Shown here: positions 41,239 through 50,216 of the stretch, piece after piece | How the letters are laid out: each line of letters begins with the position of its first letter | Numbering within the stretch: position 1 is the first letter of the stretch | Origin: Candidatus Dormibacteria bacterium | GTDB taxonomy: Bacteria; Chloroflexota; Dormibacteria; Aeolococcales; Aeolococcaceae | DNA: 64,000 nucleotides | Direction: 5' to 3' | Assembly (NCBI GenBank): GCA_051002895.1 | Contig: JBPCLW010000029.1 | Location: 1,234-65,233, forward strand | Position numbers and translations under genes: made by a program | The notes under the pieces: generated by a model | What the model saw: the letters and a program-made list of their open reading frames with translations, nothing else | Databases searched by the model: none | What the model was told of the DNA's origin: nothing

Positions 41239-42198
41239 CTACCCGTGTTTCCCGATGTGGCTCTGAGCGACCCAGCCCCAGGTGTGGGTGGTCTTGTCGA
41301 GTCCGAGGACCCAGCCGTGTCGAGGTGCGGTGTGGGCAGCCTCGAAAACATCGCCGGGATTGACTGTGCCGATGGCGAAGGCCTTGGGATAGTCGCGCAA
41401 AGTTCCCGCGGAGGTGATGTGCACCCGGTGGAGCGCTTCAGCTTTCGCATGGGCCGCTTGCATCGGTACGAACTTGACATTTCCATCGCCACCCACAGCG
41501 TGCTGCGTTTGCGTCACCACGTTCCCGTTGGAATCGTGCACGACGCCGCCGTCGGCAAGGGCGTGGGTGGGGACGAATCCCCAGTGCAAACGCTGATGGC
41601 TGTTCGGGTTGTCGAGCACCATTGCCCAATCACCCTGACCCCGAACGTGAACGACGTACCGGACGCTGACGTGGTGAAGGCCCGATTTTCCGGGTTGAAC
41701 TTCCCCGAGCCATTTGCGCAGGTAGTGGGCACGCCCATGGCCAGGGAGGTTCTGAAGGACCACGGTGCCGGGAGCCAGAGTGGTGGTGGTGAAGTAGTGA
41801 TGTGACTTCTTGCCATTGGTCGCTGCAGGCGCGGGCCTGTGGCCAGCTCGTCCCTGAGCAGCGCTCCCCGTTCCTGTCATTCTGGCCGCGCCGGTCAGGT
41901 GGTCGAGCCTCACTGCCGCGTGCCTGTACGCCTGCTCACGAAGTACCGGGTCCTGGCCTGCGACCTGCAAATCGTCGGCCAGCATGTGGAGTATGGAGGA
42001 TGCTTGCAGCAGCCCCGCAGAGTGCGCTGAGACATCGGCGTGGAGCTTGTGGAGGTGAGCCAGGAACTGCTGGGTGGCCTGACCGTCCCAGGAGCCGACC
42101 TGGTTACGCAGAGCCTTCAGACTCGTGGCCTTGGTTCGAAGTTCAGCTTCGATAGCGGCGATCCGCGTCGCGCCTTGGTGAATGTGGGGGGCGCTCAT
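41239..42198 (-). CDS. WXG100-like N-terminal domain protein fused to an uncharacterised C-terminal domain of about 200 aa (candidate secreted effector)
   Basis: N-terminal 95 aa is a helix-turn-helix hairpin with a central W-x-G (…LRNQVGSWDGQATQQFLAHLHKLHADVSAHSAGLLQASSILHML…), as in ESAT-6/EsxA-like proteins. Then a Gly/Ala/Pro linker. The C-terminal domain is rich in His, Gly, Val and Thr, contains no Cys, and has no motif I can assign. Confidence 0.55.
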   Translation of the reverse strand: MSAPHIHQGATRIAAIEAELRTKATSLKALRNQVGSWDGQATQQFLAHLHKLHADVSAHSAGLLQASSILHMLADDLQVAGQDPVLREQAYRHAAVRLDHLTGAARMTGTGSAAQGRAGHRPAPAATNGKKSHHYFTTTTLAPGTVVLQNLPGHGRAHYLRKWLGEVQPGKSGLHHVSVRYVVHVRGQGDWAMVLDNPNSHQRLHWGFVPTHALADGGVVHDSNGNVVTQTQHAVGGDGNVKFVPMQAAHAKAEALHRVHITSAGTLRDYPKAFAIGTVNPGDVFEAAHTAPRHGWVLGLDKTTHTWGWVAQSHIGKHG

Positions 42199-42494
42199 GA
42201 CGCTTCGCCCTGAACGGTGCTTGTGGCGTCGCCCTCGGCCTGCTGATAGCTCGTCGCCGCTTCGGCCAGAGACTCGCTCAGTTGCTGGGTCCGCGAGACC
42301 AGCTCGGCAAGGTTATCGCGGTATCGCTGGCGAAAGTTGTCCAAGGCTTCGGCCGCCTTGGGATCGGTCAGCACAGCTATCGTTTGGGCGATCTCGGCGT
42401 CCAGACTCCCCACGAGACTCAGAATGTCAGAGGCGGACGTCGCAGCTGCCGTCGCCGTCTCGGCCAGGTGTTGAGGCTGCACCTGGATTGTCAT
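42195..42494 (-). CDS. Small helical protein (99 aa), possible WXG100-superfamily partner (EsxB/CFP-10-like, lacks W-x-G)
   Basis: Predicted two-helix composition (…SLDAEIAQTIAVLTD…LDNFRQRYRDNLAELVSRTQQLSESLAEAATSYQQAEGD…). ATGA overlap with the downstream WXG-fusion gene. Confidence 0.45.
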   Translation of the reverse strand: MTIQVQPQHLAETATAAATSASDILSLVGSLDAEIAQTIAVLTDPKAAEALDNFRQRYRDNLAELVSRTQQLSESLAEAATSYQQAEGDATSTVQGEAS

Positions 42495-42561
42495 GGTCGC
42501 CCAATAATACGGGCGGCCACCCAGCCTCTATCCTCCGAGTCCAGCTTGTGACAGTCGGCGC

Positions 42562-43830
42562 TTACGGAGCCGGCGTTGCGCGCTCGCGTTGAGGTTGGGC
42601 TGCGTGCTTGTCCACCGACCAAATGCCACTGAGATCGAGAAGGCCGTCTCGAGAGAGTTCATCGATAACCGTGACGTTGATGACACGCTCGAGGTGGTCG
42701 TAGGCATTTGAGCCGCGGCGCTCCGACAGATCGACACTAATCGTGTAGGCGGCGGCGAGGAGAGGCAGGCTCTCGATGGCATAGCGAATGGTGCCACGAG
42801 CGCCGCGCTGCCCCAGTCCCGGCGCAGCGTACTGACTCAGCGCCGTGGACGGCTGAGCCAGGGTCATGCCGTCGCTCCGTGAGAGTTGCAGGGTGCAGGT
42901 GAAGTCGGTGACGGCCTCGTGGTTGATGATGTAGTCGACCTCGATGGCGATGGCGTCGCCGCTCTTCACCACTGTGTGTTCCTTGCCGGCCGCGTCGAGG
43001 AGACGAACGGTGGTCACGGAAACCTCGGCAGAGCCCCAGCGTTCGACGTCCGCCAGAGCCTCCCCGGTGATGTCCAGGGTGGCAGCACCCACGCGGCGCT
43101 GGTAGAGAGCAGTGACCTCGCCGGCGGGCCCGTCGGCGATGAGAGAACCATGATCGAGGAGCAGAGCGCGGTCGCAGTAGAGATTCACCGACCCAAGTTC
43201 ATGGGTAACGAGGATGACGGTACGCCCTTCGCGCTTGTAGGCGGCAAAGGTGTCAAAACACTCCTGTTGAAATGCGGCGTCGCCGACGGCGAGCACCTCG
43301 TCCATGAGGAGGATGGGCGCGTCGGCCTGGATGGCTACGGCAAAGGCAACACGCACCTGCTGCCCCGATGAGAGGTTCTTCAACCGCTGCTCGGGCGCGA
43401 TCGGTTCGATCCCTTTCGAGGCAAAGTCCATGATGGCCTTCATGCGTCGCTGGATCTCCCGCCGGCTGATGCCGAGGATGGCCCCGTTGAGACCGATGTT
43501 CTCGCGCACGGTTAGGTCGGGGTTGAACCCGACCCCAAGTTCCAGGAAAGGAGAGATGTCGCCGTTGATCTGTACCCGGCCACCGCGGTCGGGCTCATAG
43601 ATACGCGATAGGACCTTCAGCAGCGTGCTTTTCCCCGATCCGTTGTGACCGATAATTCCGAGGAACTGGCCGGCAGGAACGTTGAACGAGACGTCGCGCA
43701 GCGCTTCTAGGGCGCGGTACCGGGACGTGCTTCGCGGGTGTGTCAGCCGGTACTTCAGCGAACTGCTCCGGTCGAGGGGGATGCGGAACCGCTTGCTGAG
43801 ATTGGTGACCTCGATGGCGTTTCCGGTCAT
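42562..43830 (-). CDS. wzt: ABC transporter ATP-binding protein, Wzt/TagH-type (polysaccharide export) with C-terminal substrate-binding-like domain
   Basis: From ATG 43830 (overlaps the wzm stop): MTGNAIEVTNLSKRF..., Walker A GHNGSGKST, signature LSSGQQVRV, Walker B LLMDEVLA, plus a 170-aa C-terminal extension as in Wzt. Confidence 0.85.
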   Translation of the reverse strand: MTGNAIEVTNLSKRFRIPLDRSSSLKYRLTHPRSTSRYRALEALRDVSFNVPAGQFLGIIGHNGSGKSTLLKVLSRIYEPDRGGRVQINGDISPFLELGVGFNPDLTVRENIGLNGAILGISRREIQRRMKAIMDFASKGIEPIAPEQRLKNLSSGQQVRVAFAVAIQADAPILLMDEVLAVGDAAFQQECFDTFAAYKREGRTVILVTHELGSVNLYCDRALLLDHGSLIADGPAGEVTALYQRRVGAATLDITGEALADVERWGSAEVSVTTVRLLDAAGKEHTVVKSGDAIAIEVDYIINHEAVTDFTCTLQLSRSDGMTLAQPSTALSQYAAPGLGQRGARGTIRYAIESLPLLAAAYTISVDLSERRGSNAYDHLERVINVTVIDELSRDGLLDLSGIWSVDKHAAQPQRERATPAP

Positions 43831-44762
43831 AGCTTCTCGGCGAATCCTGGCGAGAGGCGTCGAAATGTGAGGGCACCTCCCACGAAGATGAAGCCGACAA
43901 TGAGGAATGGCACCAGCCCGAACGGCATCCCAACGATGTCGTGATGCCAGCCCACGGACTTGGTGACGATCGCGTGGCGCATGTCTTCGATGATCTGCGC
44001 CACCGGGTTGCACTCAGCAACTCCGGTGAGCCAATGGTGGTTGAGTAGGAACGTGAAGGGATACTGCACCGCAGAGCCGAAGAAGAGGGCCTGACTGCTC
44101 ACCTCCCACAGGTGACCCACGTCGCGGTAGGACACGAAGAGGGCGGAGAGGAACAGAGCCACGCCGAGGACGAGGAGATAGAGCTCGATCAGGAGCGGGA
44201 ACGCTGCCACGATGCGCGGCCCCAGGGAGATCTGGTGCAGGGCGGCGGCGATGACGAGGACGAGGACGAGGTTGATGGCCAGCGTTAGCAACGAGGTGAA
44301 GGATGCGGCAATGACCATGATCGCCCGAGGAAAATATGCCTTGCGAATGAGATGGCCGGTCCCGGCCACCGACTGCATGGCCGCCGCCGTGCACTCGGCG
44401 AAGAATGTCCAGATGACGATGCCGAGGAGAAGTTGAATGGCGAAGAACTCCGTATGGTCGCCGACGTGGAAGAGGTCGACGAAGACGAAGTACATGAGCG
44501 CGAAGAGCATGGCCGGCTTGAAGAGCGACCAGAGGTAGCCCAACGCCGATCCCGTGTAACGGAGCTTGAACTGCGAAATCGCGAGTTCGCGCGTCAAGTT
44601 GGTGTACCGACGCGCCAGACCACGGTTCAGGCGAGGGGATTCGGTCAGCGGAGTCGGGGCCGCCTCGACGCTCGCTGTCATCCGAGGCAGCGGTGCCGAC
44701 AGACTGGCGTCGCGACGCCGCGCTTGGGCTGCGTCATGAGGCGAGTTTACCAGCCGCCCCAC
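43827..44762 (-). CDS. wzm: ABC-2 type polysaccharide export permease (Wzm-like)
   Basis: Six predicted TM helices with the ABC-2 family pattern. Alternative start at ATG 44681 (MTASVEAAP…) would give 284 aa. Confidence 0.8.
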   Translation of the reverse strand: MGRLVNSPHDAAQARRRDASLSAPLPRMTASVEAAPTPLTESPRLNRGLARRYTNLTRELAISQFKLRYTGSALGYLWSLFKPAMLFALMYFVFVDLFHVGDHTEFFAIQLLLGIVIWTFFAECTAAAMQSVAGTGHLIRKAYFPRAIMVIAASFTSLLTLAINLVLVLVIAAALHQISLGPRIVAAFPLLIELYLLVLGVALFLSALFVSYRDVGHLWEVSSQALFFGSAVQYPFTFLLNHHWLTGVAECNPVAQIIEDMRHAIVTKSVGWHHDIVGMPFGLVPFLIVGFIFVGGALTFRRLSPGFAEKL

Positions 44763-44828
44763 TGCTGGCCGCCGTAGGCGCCGGTCCTGGGCTCAGCCAG
44801 CCTGATGGCTTCGCTAGGATCGGGGGCG

Positions 44829-45440
44829 ATGACTGAGATGTGGGGCATGGAGCCGGGTGCACCTCTCGCCGAGACTGGCAGCACGGGCCCCGCCGCGGAC
44901 GCCTCGGACCCCGATCGCGCCGCTGCCGCGGGCCTGCGCGAGCTGATCCGCGATGTCCCCAACTTCCCCCGCGAGGGGATCGTCTTCAAGGACATCACGG
45001 CCCTTCTCAGCAACGCGGCGGCTTTTCGTGCCGCTATTGACATCCTTGTGGCCGCCCACGCCGATGCCGGGGTGGACGTCGTCGTTGGCGTCGAGGCGCG
45101 CGGATTCGTTCTCGGCGGCGCGCTGGCGCATCAACTCGGCGCCGGTTTCGTGCCGGTGCGCAAGCGAGGTCGGCTCCCGCGGAGCACCCTTTCTGCTGCC
45201 TATGCCCTGGAGTACGGCGAGGCGGTCCTGGAGATCCACGAGGATGCCCTGCTCCCTGGCCAGAGGGTGCTGGTGGTCGACGATCTCCTCGCCACCGGTG
45301 GCACCGCCCGGGCCACTGTCGACCTCGTCGAGAGGCTGGGCGGCGTCGTCGTCAGTGTTGCCTTTCTCGTCGAACTCGCCGCTCTCGAGGGTGCCCGCGC
45401 TCTCGGCGACCGAGCCCACGTCTCGCTCATCCGTTTCTAG
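44829..45440 (+). CDS. apt: Adenine phosphoribosyltransferase
   Basis: Type I PRTase: …LIRDVPNFPREGIVFKDITALL… and PRPP motif VLVVDDLLATGGTA. Start ambiguous among ATGs at 44829, 44838 and 44847; the ORF-track start 44805 is upstream of the G-rich SD-like tract. Confidence 0.85.
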   Translation: MTEMWGMEPGAPLAETGSTGPAADASDPDRAAAAGLRELIRDVPNFPREGIVFKDITALLSNAAAFRAAIDILVAAHADAGVDVVVGVEARGFVLGGALAHQLGAGFVPVRKRGRLPRSTLSAAYALEYGEAVLEIHEDALLPGQRVLVVDDLLATGGTARATVDLVERLGGVVVSVAFLVELAALEGARALGDRAHVSLIRF

Positions 45441-45452
45441 GGGAACCAATCC

Positions 45453-46730
45453 GTGACCACTGCCACGACCACCCAGAACGACGTTGCCGATCTCGCACTC
45501 GCCAGCGAGGGTGAGCGCCTCATCACGTGGGCGGAGAAGGAGATGCCGGTCTTGCGGCTCATCCGTGAGCGCTTCGAGAAGGAGCAGCCGCTGCGTGGAC
45601 TGCGCCTCGGGGCCTGTCTTCACGTCACCAGCGAGACCGCTAACCTGGCCATCACGCTGGCCGCTGGTGGGGCTGAGGTCGCGCTTTGTGCGAGCAACCC
45701 GCTCTCTACCAACGATGCCGTCGCCGCTGCGTTGGTGGCTCGCCATGGCATTGCCACGTACGCCGTGAAGGGTGAGGATTCTGCGCGTTACTTCGGCCAT
45801 ATCAACACGGTTCTTGACACCAGGCCAAACCTCACAATGGACGACGGTGCCGATCTCGTGGCCGTGCTCCACAAGACCCGCACCGAGCTGCTCGGCGATG
45901 TCCTCGCGGGCACTGAAGAGACCACCACCGGGGTCATCCGCCTGCGCGCCATGGCCAAGGACGGTGCACTGAAGTTCCCCATCGTTGCCGTCAATGAGGC
46001 GATGACCAAGCACATGTTCGACAACCGCTACGGTACCGGGCAGAGCACGCTCGATGGCATCATCCGCGCCACCAACGTTCTCCTTGCCGGCAAGACGTTT
46101 GTCGTCTGCGGGTACGGCTGGTGTGGTCGGGGGTTGGCATCGCGCGCCCATGGCATGGGCGCGCACGTCGTCGTCACCGAGATCGACCCGGTGCGCGCGC
46201 TCGAGGCGGTCATGGACGGCTACCGGGTCAGCACCCTCGAGGAGGTGGCACCGCTCGCCGACTTCATCGTCACCGTCACCGGCGACCTCAATGTTGTCGA
46301 TCGCAGGCATTTTGCCGCGATGAAGGATGGTGTCATCGTCGCCAACAGCGGCCATTTCAACGACGAGATCAATCTTGCCGCTCTGGATGAGCTGAGCACG
46401 GGTGTCAGCCAGCCGCGGCAGTCCGTCGATGCCTACCGGATGGCCGACGGTCGCACCATCAACGTGCTCGCCGAAGGTCGACTGGTGAACCTCGCCGCCG
46501 CAGAGGGCCACCCGGCGGCGGTGATGGACATGAGCTTCGCCAATCAGGCCCTCTGTGCCGAGCACGTCGCCGCCAACCACACCCGGCTGGATGCGCTCGT
46601 CTACGACGTCCCCGAGGACATCGATCGCGAGATCGCTCGCCTCAAGCTGGCGAGCATGGGCGTGACCATCGACGTTCTCACCGAGGAGCAGAGAACCTAC
46701 CTTGCCTCATGGGAGAGCGGCACCAGCTGA
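45453..46730 (+). CDS. ahcY: Adenosylhomocysteinase
   Basis: 425 aa. NAD-binding [15 protein letters not shown] and the conserved catalytic and C-terminal regions of SAH hydrolase. Confidence 0.9.
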   Translation: MTTATTTQNDVADLALASEGERLITWAEKEMPVLRLIRERFEKEQPLRGLRLGACLHVTSETANLAITLAAGGAEVALCASNPLSTNDAVAAALVARHGIATYAVKGEDSARYFGHINTVLDTRPNLTMDDGADLVAVLHKTRTELLGDVLAGTEETTTGVIRLRAMAKDGALKFPIVAVNEAMTKHMFDNRYGTGQSTLDGIIRATNVLLAGKTFVVCGYGWCGRGLASRAHGMGAHVVVTEIDPVRALEAVMDGYRVSTLEEVAPLADFIVTVTGDLNVVDRRHFAAMKDGVIVANSGHFNDEINLAALDELSTGVSQPRQSVDAYRMADGRTINVLAEGRLVNLAAAEGHPAAVMDMSFANQALCAEHVAANHTRLDALVYDVPEDIDREIARLKLASMGVTIDVLTEEQRTYLASWESGTS

Positions 46731-46748
46731 GGCTGGAGCGTCACCCGG

Positions 46749-47429
46749 TCAGGGCGAGTGGAACCTCCCCGGGCGTGCTCCGCCACTCAACACCAGGGTG
46801 CGGGTGATCCGGGCGCTGAAGCCCGGCCAGGACGCAACAATGGAGTACTGACCCGCAGTGCCGGCGAACGAGACGGTGTCGGTGATCGTCTGGTTATGAG
46901 TCCACACCTGGGCAGAGGTCGCGCCCGTTCGGGTCGCGGGATGGGGTCCGGAGACCGTGAGCGTGGCCATGGCTGGAGCGCCCGGGCAGGCGGCCCCAGT
47001 GTTGGTGATGGTGGCAGTGATGAACACGGTGTCGCCGGGGCTCTGGCGGTCGCTGGAAACCTCCAGTGTCTGGATGGTTGACGTCAGGCCAGGGCAGGCT
47101 TTCGCCAAGGCGGCCGGGTGAGCGCTGCTGCTGCTCCTGCTCGGGGCGGGTGTTGACGATCCCGGGGCGGGGACGGGGAGCGCGCTCACCGGGGCGGGGG
47201 GCTGAAATATCGGTGGCTGGCCACCTGAGGGCGAAGGCGAGGGCGTGGCGGCGGCGCTGATGCCGAGGACGCCGCCCACGGGCTGGGCGGTTTGCTGGTG
47301 GCCGCTTGCCAGGGCAAGCGTGACGGCACCCGCACCGAGGATGAGAGTGGCTGCCGCGATGGCCGCGGTGGTCCGATTCGTCCGCGCGTGTCCGCGGCCC
47401 CAACTGATGATGCGAGTAGCTGTTTTCAT
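46749..47429 (-). CDS. Hypothetical secreted or membrane-anchored Ser/Pro-rich protein
   Basis: From ATG 47429: MKTATRIISWGRGHARTNRTTAAIAAATLILGAGAVTLA (signal/anchor), an S/P-rich linker, then a 120-aa Cys-containing domain. No identifiable family. Confidence 0.4.
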   Translation of the reverse strand: MKTATRIISWGRGHARTNRTTAAIAAATLILGAGAVTLALASGHQQTAQPVGGVLGISAAATPSPSPSGGQPPIFQPPAPVSALPVPAPGSSTPAPSRSSSSAHPAALAKACPGLTSTIQTLEVSSDRQSPGDTVFITATITNTGAACPGAPAMATLTVSGPHPATRTGATSAQVWTHNQTITDTVSFAGTAGQYSIVASWPGFSARITRTLVLSGGARPGRFHSP

Positions 47430-47542
47430 GCCGCCATGATCGCGCACGAGGGCGGACACTGAACGGACAAAGCGCCAAACGCATCACAGTGACCCGGCGG
47501 GTCACCGCGTCGAGGCACCCGGCGGAGTAGGCTTCGACCTCG

Positions 47543-48871
47543 ATGTCGAATTCCCCCGCCACACCTGCACTGCGCCCCTACCCGCCGACACTGGCCTCGC
47601 TCCGCAATGGGGTGACGCTACTCAACGCGCCCTCGGCTAGCCGCAACGTCGGGGTCTTCCTCATCGTGCGCGCCGGTTCGCGGGATGAGACCCAGCAGAC
47701 GAGCGGCCTGGCCCATTACCTCGAGCACATGTTCTTCAAGGGCACGGAACGGCGTCCGACGACCAAGCAGATCACCCGCGAGATCGACCGGCTGGGCGCC
47801 TCGACGAACGCCTACACCGACACTGAGGAGGTCGCCTACTTCACCGAGGGGCCGGCCACGGCGATGCACCAGCTCGCCGACATCATCACCGACATGCTGA
47901 GCCGGCCTCTGTTCAATTCTGAGGAGATAGACCGGGAACGCAATGTCGTTCTCCAGGAGCTGTCTGCCCGGCTCGCCGACCCCGACGGCTGGATCTGGGA
48001 TCGCCTTGGCACTGTCGCGTTTGGTGGGAGCCAACCGATGAGCTGGTCGGCTGCGGGTTTCCCCGCGGTCATCGAGAAGGCGACCCGTGGGCAGCTTCTC
48101 GACTATCACAAGTCGTTTTATTCACCGGAATCGATGTGCCTCGTTATCGCCGGCGGGGCCACGCTTGAGCCCGAGCAGGCTGAGGAACTTCTCGCGGACA
48201 TTCCCCACGGCAAGCCGAAACCACGTGTTGCCGCGAAGTGGGGCCAGGGTGAGCTGTACACCGCAAATGTCCGCCCCTTCACTGCGGACGAGGAACCTCA
48301 GGTGAAGATGGCCCTCGCCATGCCCGGGGTCAGGGCGCTCGACGAGGACCGTGCACCCCTCTCGGTTATGACCTTCATCCTCGGTGGAGGGATGTCATCG
48401 CGGCTGTTCCACACCGTCCGGGAGCGCAACGGTCTCTGCTACTCGATCTTTGCTCACCATGAGGGCTACGACGACAGCGGTCTCTTCGCCATTTCCACGG
48501 GCACCCGGCCGAAGGACGCCAAGAAGGCGGTACAACTCTCCTTCCGCGAGCTTCGCCGGATGGCCGAGAAGCGAGTTCCCAGCGACGAGCTGGACGCCGC
48601 CAAGTCGGCGATGATTGGTCGTCTCCTGCGGAGCACTGAGACGGCTATGGCGAGCGCCCGCTTCTTCGGCGGACGCTGGCGGGCCAACCTCCCCATGGAG
48701 ACACCCGACGACCGCGCCGAGGCCATCCGCAAGGTCACCGCTGCTGAGGTGCAGGCGGTCGCCGAACGCATTGCCGGCGGAATCGACGACGTGCGCATCG
48801 CCTTGGTCGGCCCCAGCGACCAGGGTGTGGAGCTGCTAGAGGCCACCCGCGACAAGCGGAAGAAGGCCTGA
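47543..48871 (+). CDS. M16 family zinc metallopeptidase (insulinase/pitrilysin-like)
   Basis: 442 aa with inverted zinc motif HxxEH (HYLEH) and downstream Glu region. Confidence 0.8.
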   Translation: MSNSPATPALRPYPPTLASLRNGVTLLNAPSASRNVGVFLIVRAGSRDETQQTSGLAHYLEHMFFKGTERRPTTKQITREIDRLGASTNAYTDTEEVAYFTEGPATAMHQLADIITDMLSRPLFNSEEIDRERNVVLQELSARLADPDGWIWDRLGTVAFGGSQPMSWSAAGFPAVIEKATRGQLLDYHKSFYSPESMCLVIAGGATLEPEQAEELLADIPHGKPKPRVAAKWGQGELYTANVRPFTADEEPQVKMALAMPGVRALDEDRAPLSVMTFILGGGMSSRLFHTVRERNGLCYSIFAHHEGYDDSGLFAISTGTRPKDAKKAVQLSFRELRRMAEKRVPSDELDAAKSAMIGRLLRSTETAMASARFFGGRWRANLPMETPDDRAEAIRKVTAAEVQAVAERIAGGIDDVRIALVGPSDQGVELLEATRDKRKKA

Positions 48872-48890
48872 GCCTGGGGACAGGCAGCGC

Positions 48891-50216
48891 TCACCGGACC
48901 GAGTCAGCGATCTCGGGGAGCACGATTGCCACGACCTCGTCGATCGAGCCGATCGGTTGCATTGCGGGAAGAGCCCGTAGCAAGCGGACGCCGAGGATGA
49001 CCGCGGGCCCAGTTGCGCCGGCGACGAGCCCGAGTTCGACGCGTAGGAAGAGATCGCTGCCCAGCGCGGTGACCACTCCGAAGCCCAGCGCACCAGCGAC
49101 CCAACCGAGCGCGACGCTGGAGTAGCGACCGAGCGAGACCAGTGCCTGGCCAAGGGCGGTGGCGAGCATGAACCCCGCGCACGAGAGCGACAGCAGGGCC
49201 AGGTCGCCGCCCCCCAATGTGCTGTCGGCACCGAAGAGAATGCGCACCGCCAGCGGTCCCAGCACGAAGGCGCCAGCGATGGTGACGATGCCCAGCGCGG
49301 CAGTGGCCACCAGCAGCCGGGAGAGGACCTGCCGGAAATCGCCGATGCTGCCGCTGGCCGCCAGCGCCGCCAGCTTGGGCAGCAAGGCTGCTTGTACGGC
49401 TTGAAAGAGGAAGAAGGGTATGTATGCGACGACCCGGGCATTGAGGAACTGCCCGGCGGCGGCGGTCTGATCGGAGCGTTCCAGGAGCGGGATCACCACC
49501 GGGCCGGCGGAGAGCAGGAAGTATGTCGCCACCGACGCCAGCAAGAGGAAGCCCAGTGCGTTACCGAGGACTCGCCATGATGCCACCGGTCCGGGGCGCA
49601 GCAGTCCATGCTCTCGGCTCAGAGCCAGCGGGATTGCTACGAAACTGGCCAGAACCAGAGCGAAGCCAAAGAGGCCGGCGACTCTGCTGCCGATGACCGC
49701 GCAAAGACCGCATCCGGCACAGCGGAGGATGCCCTCGCTGCCCAGGAGGAGTCCGTAACTCGAGAAGCGGCCGTTGCCGGAGAGAGTGCCCCGGGTGGTG
49801 TGGACACAGGTGTAGGCGACCAGTCCGGTGCCCAGGGCGGCCACGAAAAGGGCCTCGCCGTGAAAGAAGTGGTTGGCAAGGATGCCCGAGAGTGCCGCCA
49901 TGATCACCAGGAGGCCGGCGCAGAGGAGACCTCCCGCAGCGAGGGCACGGCGCACCACCGGGCCGCCCCCCTGGTCGCGTGTCCGCCGCTCCGCAAGTGC
50001 CCGGCCCACCTCTTGCTCGAGGGGGAGGAAGAAGCCCGGACCGAGAATGAAGAGCATCGACCAGAAGGTCGCCAGGGCCGCATAGGCGTCCCTGCCGAGA
50101 GCGCGATACCCGATGGCCAGAAACGCGTACTGAGCAAGCCCGGCCACGCCCAGTCCGATGGCGATGGCGGGTGTGCCCTCCGGTAAGGGATTGCGGGCGC
50201 GCAGTCCACTCAGCAT
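48891..50216 (-). CDS. Polysaccharide biosynthesis protein / oligosaccharide flippase (MOP superfamily, Wzx-like)
   Basis: From ATG 50216 (1-nt gap after the upstream kinase-like stop). About 12-14 TM helices with composition typical of Wzx/MATE-like flippases. The ORF-track start 50312 overlaps the upstream gene. Confidence 0.65.
   Translation of the reverse strand: MLSGLRARNPLPEGTPAIAIGLGVAGLAQYAFLAIGYRALGRDAYAALATFWSMLFILGPGFFLPLEQEVGRALAERRTRDQGGGPVVRRALAAGGLLCAGLLVIMAALSGILANHFFHGEALFVAALGTGLVAYTCVHTTRGTLSGNGRFSSYGLLLGSEGILRCAGCGLCAVIGSRVAGLFGFALVLASFVAIPLALSREHGLLRPGPVASWRVLGNALGFLLLASVATYFLLSAGPVVIPLLERSDQTAAAGQFLNARVVAYIPFFLFQAVQAALLPKLAALAASGSIGDFRQVLSRLLVATAALGIVTIAGAFVLGPLAVRILFGADSTLGGGDLALLSLSCAGFMLATALGQALVSLGRYSSVALGWVAGALGFGVVTALGSDLFLRVELGLVAGATGPAVILGVRLLRALPAMQPIGSIDEVVAIVLPEIADSVR

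Noticed and set aside
40612-41805. 397-aa +strand ORF
   Set aside because: Antisense to the coupled hypothetical and WXG-fusion genes. Those minus-strand genes have coherent start/stop coupling with their neighbours, whereas this ORF spans two of them and has no domain.
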